Part shown: one piece after another, positions 1-7,590 of the stretch
Position numbering within the stretch: position 1 is the stretch's first letter
Layout of the letters: each line of letters opens with the position of its first letter
Source: Candidatus Methanoperedens sp.
Lineage (GTDB): Archaea; Halobacteriota; Methanosarcinia; Methanosarcinales; Methanoperedenaceae
NCBI GenBank assembly: GCA_027460535.1
Contig: JAPZAR010000002.1
Location: 1-24,196 of the forward strand
Length of the DNA stretch: 24,196 bases
Direction: 5' to 3'
Notes under the pieces: generated by a model
Told to the model about the DNA's origin: nothing
Databases searched by the model: none
The model's input: only the letters and a program-made list of their open reading frames with translations
Program-made: the position numbers and the translations under genes

Positions 1-715
1 TCCCCAGGTAACTGGATTCTATTAACTCGGTTCTTTTTTTTGCCATCGCAGCAAGGGCTCCTGTCGTTGCCTGACTGTTCACAAGCCCGCCAAGCATCCC
101 GGAAACAGGTAAACCGCGTTTTGTCCCGATCTCCTTCATAATGACGAAGCTGATGAAGCTGATAGTCGCAACTATTATCACAATCTGGAGAATCGTCCTT
201 GGATTAATTACTCCCATGAATAATTCATCCGGAGTAATGGGATAAAGTATGAAAACAACTGCAAGAAATCGAACGCCGCTTAAGATTTCATCATTTGTAA
301 GATTGGTAGCAAATGAATGAAGGGGGGCTTTTTCTGCAAGCAAAAGTGTAATAATTACAGCTCCCGCGATTGCCGGGATATAGAATTCATAAGTTATTAA
401 GACGCCAAGGAGGAACGTACAATATAATGCAATCGGGCCTGTTATCCCGGGCATTTTCAATATTACATTTTTTATGTAAATGTATATTGCAGATATTATC
501 GCAAAAAATGCAAGGGAAATTAGTAGGATTCCAGGAACCGTTTTCAAAGCCAGGTAGGAAGAAACCATTCCAGCGATGCAGGCAATAGAAAATGAACGAA
601 TCCCTGCAATCAGTTCCATTGTTTCAGGGCGCTTGTGTTCTCTTTCAATACCGATGAGGATCCCGATAAGCATAGCCAGCGCTAATTTTAGGAAAAAATC
701 GAAATTGACGTCCAT
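1..715 (-). CDS. MgtC/SapB-family membrane protein, N-terminal ~238 codons (3' end runs off the window)
   Basis: Absent from the ORF track because it is open at the window edge. The reverse-strand ATG at 715-713 translates to MDVNFDFFLKLALAMLIGILIGIEREHKRPETMELIAGIRSFSIACIAGMVSSYLALK... This carries the LIGxERE...AGIR(T/S)F signature of MgtC/SapB proteins. The + strand ORFs 370-588 and 576-836 are its shadows. Confidence 0.7.
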   Translation of the reverse strand, partial: MDVNFDFFLKLALAMLIGILIGIEREHKRPETMELIAGIRSFSIACIAGMVSSYLALKTVPGILLISLAFFAIISAIYIYIKNVILKMPGITGPIALYCTFLLGVLITYEFYIPAIAGAVIITLLLAEKAPLHSFATNLTNDEILSGVRFLAVVFILYPITPDELFMGVINPRTILQIVIIVATISFISFVIMKEIGTKRGLPVSGMLGGLVNSQATTGALAAMAKKRTELIESSYLG

Positions 716-1317
716 ATTGCCGAATGACGGCGATACCAGGTCGATCAATGATAATCAATTATTAATAATTTTCAAAATACTTAGGTTCTTTCATCTGGTT
801 CGATATTTTCTTACAGCAAGAAATAAATATATATAAAACTGATAATAATGGCACAATTCAAGAATCCAGTGATTTTCTAAATTCTCATGAAGAGAAGGAA
901 ACAATCTGGTAGCAATCAATCTCCATAAATCGCCTACGCATGATAACAAGACATTCTTTGAAGTGAGAGATGAAAATAGTTAAAAATTTCAGCTTTGTGA
1001 TGCTTTAGATTCTATATAAACCGATAGGCATAGCTACGATGATATGAAAGTTACGAAAATACATTTAAATAATTTATAAAAGGTATAAAAGCAATAAATC
1101 GCTCTACAAGCGTTCGTTTTTGCTCAATGAACATTCCTGCCCTCTTCATTGAAGTAAGTTGGATCTGGTTAATAATACCCACATCAGCTAACCTTTAAAT
1201 GCATTGGAATTGTCATGCCAGCACCAACAGGTTCGGGTGACTGGAGGATTCCCTGGACGCCGAAGCCAAACTCTGGCTCGAAGACCTGGAAGAGATATAC
1301 CATAAACTGCGGCCACC

Positions 1318-1674
1318 CTAGCAGGTCAGGTGCAGTACCGCGTTAGTCTTGCCTCTGGCCTTCTCCAGCTCTCGACATGCTTCTTCTGTCTTCATGATAA
1401 TCAAAGTTACACCCCGGTTCTCCGCCTCCGCTTTCACCTCATCCAGCACCGGGAGTGCACCCGATTCTCCTGTGCCTATGATGAGCGTTTTGCAGTCCCA
1501 TGGAATATTCTCGGCGAGGGACAGAGGGGTGTGGCCGTACTTTTCTTTCAAATGCTTCGAAAGCTTCTTTCTCCTCTTCTCCACCCGGCCACCGCGAACC
1601 ACGACATCGTACTCGTACCGCTCGCCATCTATCTCCACGCTCCCGAAGCCGAGGTATTTCACCTTCACTTCCAT
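1318..1674 (-). CDS. Mth938-like domain protein (DUF498 family)
   Basis: 118 aa. Shows the pattern FG.V.I.G..Y..DVVV...V..R.K..S...YGHT.L...E...W....LIIGTG..GALPV and a C-terminal HLTC, as in Methanothermobacter MTH938-type proteins. The three + strand ORFs 1330-1694 are shadows. Confidence 0.75.
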   Translation of the reverse strand: MEVKVKYLGFGSVEIDGERYEYDVVVRGGRVEKRRKKLSKHLKEKYGHTPLSLAENIPWDCKTLIIGTGESGALPVLDEVKAEAENRGVTLIIMKTEEACRELEKARGKTNAVLHLTC

Positions 1675-1808
1675 TACCCCCTTTGAATAGGTAGACTGGA
1701 GAGGCTAATTATATCTCTGTCTTTGCTCAATGTAATTATATCAGTGTTGTTAAATAACATCATTGGACTGAAATCCCCTTAGGTAGACTCACAGTGTTTT
1801 ATGAATTG

Positions 1809-1901
1809 GAAGGGGAGAAATATTTCTCCCCTATGAAGTCCCACTCCTTTAGTTAGATAAATTTGTTTTCTCAGGAACCCTGGATATAATCCTTTTTTCA
1901 G
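1809..1901 (-). repeat. Shared 3' cassette, copy 1 (last ~18 codons of the 64-aa gene plus downstream hairpin)
   Basis: About 87% identical by hand alignment to 2862-2956, with one 1-nt indel. It spans coding sequence, the stop codon and the non-coding palindrome. Confidence 0.8.
1812..1831 (-). terminator. Perfect 20-nt palindrome GGGGAGAAATATTTCTCCCC (8-bp stem, 4-nt loop) 18 nt downstream of the stop of the 64-aa gene
   Basis: Read directly from the sequence. An identical 20-mer recurs at 2865-2884 in the same position relative to another stop codon. Confidence 0.45.
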
Positions 1902-2043
1902 ACACTCTATACGCCCATCTGTTGGAACTGTTTATATACAATACATCCTCACGGGGACTCCTTTCGATAAAGAGAACATCTCCTTCCAGTAGTTCACCCG
2001 ATTTGAGTTTAAATCTTACTGTATCTCCTTCAGCGTATTTCAC
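1849..2043 (-). CDS. Hypothetical small soluble protein (64 aa, GTG start); possibly a small SH3/KOW-like beta-barrel
   Basis: ORF-track entry. The pattern EGDTVRF...G.LEGDVLFIE...VLYI is reminiscent of small DUF2187/YkvS-like proteins (weak). The C-terminal RIISRVPEKTNLSN tail is paralogous to the tail of 2903-3187. The start GTG overlaps the stop of an upstream micro-ORF. Confidence 0.5.
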   Translation of the reverse strand: MKYAEGDTVRFKLKSGELLEGDVLFIERSPREDVLYINSSNRWAYRVSEKRIISRVPEKTNLSN

Positions 2044-2141
2044 ACATTCACCCCATCATTCCTATCTAGTGGACATCTGCGCTGAAAAATGAGATGATGA
2101 GGAGATTTATCCTCACAATATTTTTCGTTATTTGTCTTCAT
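2040..2141 (-). CDS. Candidate 33-codon micro-ORF (MKTNNEKYCEDKSPHHLIFQRRCPLDRNDGVNV), translationally coupled to the 64-aa gene
   Basis: ATG at 2141-2139 is preceded by GGAGGG (2149-2154 on +) with a 7-nt spacer. Its TGA (2042-2040) overlaps the GTG start (2043-2041) of the next ORF as GTGA. It is below the ORF-track length cutoff. Confidence 0.3.
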   Translation of the reverse strand: MKTNNEKYCEDKSPHHLIFQRRCPLDRNDGVNV

Positions 2142-2233
2142 AGATCATCCCTCCTTTCCTTATATCTGGAAGCAAAATCCGATGATTTTGCGTGTTAGAG
2201 GTATTCTATAAAGTTTATATAACTTATCAAAAT

Positions 2234-2243
2234 AATCTATATA
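2234..2243. promoter_or_regulatory. AATCTATATA box, copy 1
   Basis: Exact 10-mer, followed by a near-repeat TTCTATATAT. It lies in the intergenic region upstream of the micro-ORF/64-aa gene pair. Confidence 0.3.
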
Positions 2244-2259
2244 TTCTATATATGGAAAA

Positions 2260-2673
2260 TCAATATTGGCTGAATTCTTCCTGTATCCGCAGCTTTATTT
2301 CGTCCCTGACCTTCCTGAACACAGAAAGTATCTCTTCTTCAGACCCTCTTGCATCTGCCGGGTCACTAAAACTCCAGTGCAAATGGCGGGTATTGCCTGG
2401 GAAAACAGGACAGGTCTCTCTGGCAGCATCGCATGTGGTTATAACGAAATCAAAATTCATCCCCTGAAATTCATCTACCGATTTTGACCTGTGCCCTGAA
2501 ATATCAATGCCAATTTCTGCCATGACCTTTATTGCTGTTGGATTTACAGCAGAAGGTCTTGATCCTGCACTGAATACCTCGAACTCACTGCCCAGCAGAT
2601 GCCGAAAAATCCCCTCTGCCATCTGGGAACGGCAGGAATTTTCTGTGCAGAGGAATAACACTTTTTTCTTCAT
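2260..2673 (-). CDS. arsC: Arsenate reductase, thioredoxin-coupled LMW-PTPase type
   Basis: 137 aa. P-loop [13 protein letters not shown] (CX5R) plus the downstream Cys pair in [11 protein letters not shown] and the HW.F.DP motif. It is colinear with Bacillus subtilis / S. aureus pI258 ArsC. Confidence 0.9.
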   Translation of the reverse strand: MKKKVLFLCTENSCRSQMAEGIFRHLLGSEFEVFSAGSRPSAVNPTAIKVMAEIGIDISGHRSKSVDEFQGMNFDFVITTCDAARETCPVFPGNTRHLHWSFSDPADARGSEEEILSVFRKVRDEIKLRIQEEFSQY

Positions 2674-2861
2674 AATCTCTCTAGCTCAGAGAGGAAGTCT
2701 GGTTAACTCAAACATGATATCACCATACAATACAGCTATTAAAAAACCTAACGGTATAGGAATCATAAACGGCAAGCCAGGGGTAACCCAGACCTCATCT
2801 TCAATTAAGCCCCAGCATGCTCTTTTCCATCAAATCCTCGCAACACATATATTATAATTGT

Positions 2862-2956
2862 GAAGGGGAGAAATATTTCTCCCCAATAAAGTCCCACTCC
2901 TTTTACTTAAATAAATTTGTGTTCTTAGGAACCCTCGCTATAATCCTGTTTTCAGG
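2862..2956 (-). repeat. Shared 3' cassette, copy 2
   Basis: Counterpart of 1809-1901. It covers the last ~18 codons of the 2903-3187 gene, the stop codon and the palindrome. Confidence 0.8.
2865..2884 (-). terminator. Second copy of the palindrome GGGGAGAAATATTTCTCCCC, 19 nt downstream of the stop of 2903-3187
   Basis: Read directly from the sequence. Confidence 0.45.
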
Positions 2957-3187
2957 AACCCTGTCCCACCTGTAAATTTTTCTGTTATAGCCATTGGTTT
3001 CATTATCACATTTTTCCGGATTTTCTTCTACAGTCCCGGGCCTGAAATCCACCGCTGTTATATTATAATTGTAAAAACTGACGCTTTCACCCCAATTGAG
3101 AGTTACATCATGTTCTTCCCAGTCAGATGCTGCTGATGCCATCGCCATTATATTCAGCCCGATGATAAGCAACAGAATAGCCCTCAT
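2903..3187 (-). CDS. Small secreted/exported hypothetical protein (94 aa from the ATG at 3187)
   Basis: The track ORF 2903-3265 would overlap the PhoU-like gene. The internal ATG at 3187 gives MRAILLLIIGLNIMAMASAASDW..., a typical signal peptide. The C-terminal RIIARVPKNTNLFK tail is paralogous to that of the 64-aa protein. Confidence 0.5.
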   Translation of the reverse strand: MRAILLLIIGLNIMAMASAASDWEEHDVTLNWGESVSFYNYNITAVDFRPGTVEENPEKCDNETNGYNRKIYRWDRVPENRIIARVPKNTNLFK

Positions 3188-3239
3188 TGCTTGAAAATAG
3201 AATAAAGCCTTATTAGACTTTTTTGCATATAGTGTATAT

Positions 3240-3249
3240 AATCTATATA
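3240..3249. promoter_or_regulatory. AATCTATATA box, copy 2 (likely TATA region for 2903-3187)
   Basis: Exact 10-mer inside TATAGTGTATATAATCTATATAC, about 55 nt upstream of the ATG at 3187. It straddles the stop codon of the PhoU-like gene. Confidence 0.35.
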
Positions 3250-4241
3250 CTTCTAGAGAAGTCAATGGCTAACTCTGCGACATTTGCAGCATAATCCCCT
3301 ATCCTTTTTACGCTGTCTGCTACGAGCCCTAAGGACATGACAGCGTCAGGATTCATAGTTGTTGAAGGGTGTCTTATTCTGCGCAGATCCTCGCCTATTT
3401 TTTTATGTTCTTCAATAACCCTGTTTGCAAGTTCTACATTGCATTTTGTAAAAGAAACAACTGAATCATTGACAAGCTTATAAGAGATGATACCGATTTT
3501 AACAATATTATCGAGCATGGCGTGAGGAATTTTTTCACCTGATTCCAATATTATACCGGCAATCTTACCCGCATGGTCTGACACACGCTCTAATTGGTCG
3601 CTTGCCAGCCTGTAGTAGAAGGCCCCTGTCAATCCGAGTTCACTTTTTTCGGATATCCTTGAATGGAGTAAAATACCCATGAATTGTTTTGATATCAATA
3701 GATGGAGACGGTCAATCTCATCGTCCTGCTTTACGACTTCAGAGGCGAGAGAAACATCTTTTGTATTCATTGCCTTGATGGTATTGTCAAGCATCCACTG
3801 CACTTTTATATGCATGCGCCGAAAACTCATATCGATAGGCATATCGCCTGGATTCGAGATATCCTGAATGACCACCTTCTCGTGTGTTTCTTCGATAATC
3901 TCAATACCTATCAACTTTTTAACTATAGCCGTTATGTCTTTTCTCTGCTCATGCGTTATATTTTTAGCTTTAAGCTCAATCACGCGGTACCCGGCAACGT
4001 AGGTGGCTATTATATCTCTTATCAACGGCTCACCCACCCTTCCATCTATGGTTATGGTCTTTGGACTCTCAGCCGCAAAAGCGCCGTTTGTGGTTAAAAG
4101 AAGCGAACCGTCCTCCTGTGGATGCATATGAACAAGGGAACCGGAGGATATCCCGGCACTGACAGCCCATTTCTTGGGAAGGGAAACAACGAACGTTGAT
4201 TTACCGGTTACCTGAACTTTTCTTATTTCTGCATTGATCAT
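3243..4241 (-). CDS. AbrB/SpoVT-domain + tandem PhoU-domain protein (archaeal PhoU-type putative regulator), paralog 1
   Basis: 332 aa. The N-terminus RKVQVTGKSTFVVSLPKKWAVSAGISSGSLV is a SpoVT/AbrB swapped-hairpin motif. The remainder has two PhoU-like helical repeats (..D.EIDRLHLLI.. and ..VKRIGDYAANVAELAI..). Confidence 0.85.
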   Translation of the reverse strand: MINAEIRKVQVTGKSTFVVSLPKKWAVSAGISSGSLVHMHPQEDGSLLLTTNGAFAAESPKTITIDGRVGEPLIRDIIATYVAGYRVIELKAKNITHEQRKDITAIVKKLIGIEIIEETHEKVVIQDISNPGDMPIDMSFRRMHIKVQWMLDNTIKAMNTKDVSLASEVVKQDDEIDRLHLLISKQFMGILLHSRISEKSELGLTGAFYYRLASDQLERVSDHAGKIAGIILESGEKIPHAMLDNIVKIGIISYKLVNDSVVSFTKCNVELANRVIEEHKKIGEDLRRIRHPSTTMNPDAVMSLGLVADSVKRIGDYAANVAELAIDFSRSI

Positions 4242-4290
4242 CTACAATTTGAGTTTAGAGTGTATTAGATGGCATATACTTTTTCCCAAG

Positions 4291-4300
4291 AATCTATATA
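4291..4300. promoter_or_regulatory. AATCTATATA box, copy 3 (about 50 nt upstream of the PhoU-like paralog 1 start)
   Basis: Exact 10-mer in the AT-rich intergenic region 4242-4521. Confidence 0.35.
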
Positions 4301-4521
4301 TGCTACATAAAATCAGTATAAAATCATTCTTTTCATTGGCGGTTATATCGATAATGGATACTGCGCTGTTTAATTTTACAAATGCAGGAATCTTAAAGCT
4401 ATTCTGCAATTTGCGATTGTGCTTCTGATATTGAATGGCATAATTAAGCGGTCTAATCCGGCACACAGCCAAATAATGGATAGCAGGATCAGGATAAATT
4501 TCTTTCCGATTCTTATCGACA

Positions 4522-7212
4522 TTACGATTCTTCTTCCATTAGATTCAGAGTGCCTTCCGTTGTATCTTCATGGTATTGAATAGAGAATCCCATCCTCTCA
4601 AGAAGTTGAATCGCTCGATGATTATCAGGTAACATTATCGCATGGACTGTTTCAATTTTTTTGTCCTTGCAGATTTCAATCATATAGTCCACCATTTTAG
4701 ATCCCAGCCCAAGGCCCTGCCATGGATCAGCAACAATGAAAGCAATTTCTGCTTTTTTCCCATCAGGCTCAATAATAAGCCTCACCACACCTATGATTTT
4801 CCTTTGATCATCCTCGATTAATTCTGCTACTATGGCCATTTCCCGATAATAATCAATATTGCAATACCGGACCCGAAGCTCGTGAGGAGTATCCTTGATA
4901 ACTTCAAAAAGCCTGTAGTGCAAGGATTCTTCTGAGAAGTGCTGGAACATTTCTAACCACATTGGTTCATCTTCCGGCTTTATGGGTCTTAGAATTACGG
5001 TACGGCCGTCCAGGAGTATCCATGGGATTATATACTTCTCAGGATATGGGCTGATCACAAGGTGTTCATGGGCTCTGAGTTTTTCGAACACATTTTCTTT
5101 ATCTATCACCACGCGGGCATCAAGAACAAAAGCCTCCTTTTCATCTATAAATAATGGATTAATATCAACTTCTTTAATTTGAGGAAAATCAACAAGCATC
5201 TGGGAAAAACGAATCATTATCTCTTCAAGCAAGTTAAGATTTGCAGGCAGCTTATTCCGATAACCCTTTAAGATTTGATAAACAATTGTTTCCTCCATTA
5301 TTCTTCTCGCTAATGTTTGATTTAACGGCGGAAGCCCCACGGCAACATCTTTAAAAAGTTCTACACCAATACCACCCATTCCAAACAGGATTACAGGGCC
5401 AAATAACCTGTCGGTTTTTGCTCCCAGGATAATCTCATATCCTTTTTTTATCATGGATTGAACTGTAACTCCCTGAATCCTGGCTTTCGTATTATAATCT
5501 TTTGCCCGTTTAATAATGTCATCAAATGCAACTCTTACTTCAGCCTCAGAATTAATATTTAGAACGACCCCTCCTGCGTCTGTTTTATGTACTATTTCCG
5601 GTGATAATACCTTCAGAACCACTGGAAAACCTATCTGGGAAGCCATAGTAACTGCTTCATCTGCGTTTTTTGCCACCAGTGTTTTCACAACCGGAAAATT
5701 ATAATCTTCCAGAAGGTTCTTTGCTTCCATTTCGGTCAATATTTCCCTGCCTTCTTTTGCCGCATTTCTTATGATAATCTCCAGGGGACGTCTGGGCGGT
5801 ATGCTATTTACAGGCAGTTCGGCAGGTGTTTCATAAAGCAGTTCAAGATTCCGTTTATATTGATACATGTACATGAAAGTTGCAACTGCCTGTTCAGGAG
5901 TGGAATATGTCGGAATGTTGTTATCAATAAGAATATGGTTTGCCTCTTCTACATCTTCGTAACCCATGAACGATGTCAATATGGTTTTACGATGTTCTTC
6001 ATTCCTGACCACTTCCACAATCGTTTTGGCAACATCAGCAGGATCCGTAGTTCCCTGGGGAGTATGAATTATTAAGATCGAGTCAATGTTCTCGTCTCTA
6101 AAACATGCCTCCATAGATGCTTTGTATCTGTCGGAACCGGCATCTCCCAAAAGATCGATCGGGTTTCCTTTACTCCAATAACGAGGTAAAATACCGTCAA
6201 GCATCTCCATCGTTTTTTCGCCAAGCTTTGCAAGCTTCCCCTTTCTTGCTAAGAGCGCATCCGCAGCCATCACTCCCGGACCGCCTGCATTCGTGATAAT
6301 AACAAGGTTCTGTCCTTTAGGAAGGGGATGAAGACCCAAGACTTCGGCGCAATTGAAAAGGTCGGCAATTTCCTCAACACGCACTATCCCTGCACGTTTA
6401 AATGCAGCCTCATACACCATATCTTCACCGGCAAGAGATCCCGTATGTGAAGCTGCTGCTTTTGCACTTTCACTAAACCTTCCAGCCTTTACCACGATTA
6501 TGGGTTTCGTCCTTGCAAAGTGCCTCGATGCACTCATGAATTCCCTGGCATCGGTTATCCCTTCAATATACATCAATATGCTCGTTGTCTTAGGGTCAGT
6601 TCCGAAATAGTCTATGAGATCCCCAAAGTCCACGTCAATCATCGAACCTACTGAAACGAAATTACTGAATCCGATGTTCTCATGGGTTGCCCAGTCAAGA
6701 ATTGCTGAGCCTAATGCACCGCTCTGTGAGATAAATGCGATATTGCCCGGCTTTACCAATTTTTTTAAGAAAGTTGTATTAAGATTGATATCCGGGCGGA
6801 TGATACCAAGACAGTTGGGTCCAATAATTCGCATGTTATATTTCTTTTTTAACTCGATAATCTTATCTTCAAGTGCTTTTCCTTCTTCCCCGACTTCTTT
6901 AAAACCTGCTGAAATAATGATCAGTCCGGGTATTTTCGCTTTTCCGCACTGCTCCACCACTTCGGTTACGGTTTTTGCAGGTGTTGCGATAATAGCAAGG
7001 TCAACAGTCTCTGGAATTTGACCAACGCTTTCGTAAGCCTGCAATCCAAGAATCTCAGGCTTATGAATATTGACCGGATACACTTTTCCTGAGTATCCTG
7101 CTTTTGTGAGATTTTCCATTAATATATATCCCACAGAATCCTTTTCATCGCTTGCTCCGACCAGTGCGATGCTTTTTGGATGAAAAATCTTATCAAGATT
7201 TGAAATAACCAT
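4522..7212 (-). CDS. pat: Pat/YfiQ-type fusion: ADP-forming acyl-CoA synthetase-like region (CoA-binding, CoA-ligase, ATP-grasp) + C-terminal GNAT acetyltransferase
   Basis: The track ORF starts at a TTG (7230). The ATG at 7212 (MVISNLDKIFHPKSIALVGAS) follows a GGGGA motif, giving 896 aa. The N-terminus has KSIALVGAS...GY (CoA-binding) and the SHTGSLAG loop. The middle has an ATP-grasp region (FPVVLKV.SP.I.HKTDAGGV). The C-terminus RPIKPEDEP...YRLF...IDYYREMAIVA...QGLGLGSKM...LNL is colinear, from my memory, with the GNAT end of Salmonella Pat. Confidence 0.85.
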   Translation of the reverse strand: MVISNLDKIFHPKSIALVGASDEKDSVGYILMENLTKAGYSGKVYPVNIHKPEILGLQAYESVGQIPETVDLAIIATPAKTVTEVVEQCGKAKIPGLIIISAGFKEVGEEGKALEDKIIELKKKYNMRIIGPNCLGIIRPDINLNTTFLKKLVKPGNIAFISQSGALGSAILDWATHENIGFSNFVSVGSMIDVDFGDLIDYFGTDPKTTSILMYIEGITDAREFMSASRHFARTKPIIVVKAGRFSESAKAAASHTGSLAGEDMVYEAAFKRAGIVRVEEIADLFNCAEVLGLHPLPKGQNLVIITNAGGPGVMAADALLARKGKLAKLGEKTMEMLDGILPRYWSKGNPIDLLGDAGSDRYKASMEACFRDENIDSILIIHTPQGTTDPADVAKTIVEVVRNEEHRKTILTSFMGYEDVEEANHILIDNNIPTYSTPEQAVATFMYMYQYKRNLELLYETPAELPVNSIPPRRPLEIIIRNAAKEGREILTEMEAKNLLEDYNFPVVKTLVAKNADEAVTMASQIGFPVVLKVLSPEIVHKTDAGGVVLNINSEAEVRVAFDDIIKRAKDYNTKARIQGVTVQSMIKKGYEIILGAKTDRLFGPVILFGMGGIGVELFKDVAVGLPPLNQTLARRIMEETIVYQILKGYRNKLPANLNLLEEIMIRFSQMLVDFPQIKEVDINPLFIDEKEAFVLDARVVIDKENVFEKLRAHEHLVISPYPEKYIIPWILLDGRTVILRPIKPEDEPMWLEMFQHFSEESLHYRLFEVIKDTPHELRVRYCNIDYYREMAIVAELIEDDQRKIIGVVRLIIEPDGKKAEIAFIVADPWQGLGLGSKMVDYMIEICKDKKIETVHAIMLPDNHRAIQLLERMGFSIQYHEDTTEGTLNLMEEES

Positions 7213-7550
7213 AGCAATCCCCTGATTCAATCATTTGTATGAATACAGTAAATATGACGTTGTGCAATATTAGTTTTATCCCCACATTTTTGATACAATT
7301 CCCGTTCAACGACCGCCATCTGAAGGAGCTGTCCGATAATCGCTTTCCTGTATGACAGGGCGGCTTTGATATATACTTGGAGTGGTTAAAAAACTATTAG
7401 GACGTGATCTGGCAGGCAAGCCGGCTGACCTGAAGCATGTTTGCAGCGCGCGTTGTTTGTACCTTAAAGTATGGGTACTCTGAAAGTTGTGGGATAATCT
7501 CCTTTATTTTGGATTATTCAGATTATAAAAGATATATGTATTATTCCAAT

Positions 7551-7560
7551 AATCTATATA
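7551..7560. promoter_or_regulatory. AATCTATATA box, copy 4 (31-40 nt upstream of the PhoU-like paralog 2 start)
   Basis: Exact 10-mer, extended as AATAATCTATATATATTC. Its position fits a TATA box with a short leader. Confidence 0.4.
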
Positions 7561-7590
7561 TATTCAAAATATCAGTAGAGTAAAGATAAC

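Noticed and set aside
370-836. The + strand ORFs 370-588 and 576-836
   Set aside because: They are antisense to the MgtC-family frame, which has a clear family signature.
1215-1317. A GC-richer stretch encoding LEDSLDAEAKLWLEDLEEIYHKLRPP* on the + strand, abutting the Mth938 gene end
   Set aside because: It is only 26 codons after an in-frame TGA, and I recognise no family. It may be the C-terminal relic of a lost gene, but this is unsupported.
1330-1694. Three + strand ORFs (118, 113 and 64 aa) overlapping the Mth938-like gene
   Set aside because: They are shadow frames of a well-supported minus-strand gene, and their products are Ser/Arg/Pro-rich nonsense.
2686-2766. A 26-codon hydrophobic micro-ORF (MIPIPLGFLIAVLYGDIMFELTRLPL) between a TATA-like sequence and arsC
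   Set aside because: It has no RBS and is very short, so it could be chance in a 190-nt leader.
4242-4472. A 76-aa minus-strand ORF and a 64-aa + ORF in the AT-rich spacer between pat and PhoU-like paralog 1
   Set aside because: The composition-driven frames are rich in I/K/N/F. They have no RBS and occupy what is most likely promoter DNA.
7290-7480. A GC-richer core inside the 378-nt divergent intergenic region between pat and PhoU-like paralog 2 (possible sRNA or gene relic)
   Set aside because: I translated all six frames and found only 30-33-codon frames with no RBS or recognisable motif. I found only short hairpins (CCTGT-ATG-ACAGG). That is not enough to call a feature. RNA-seq would be needed.
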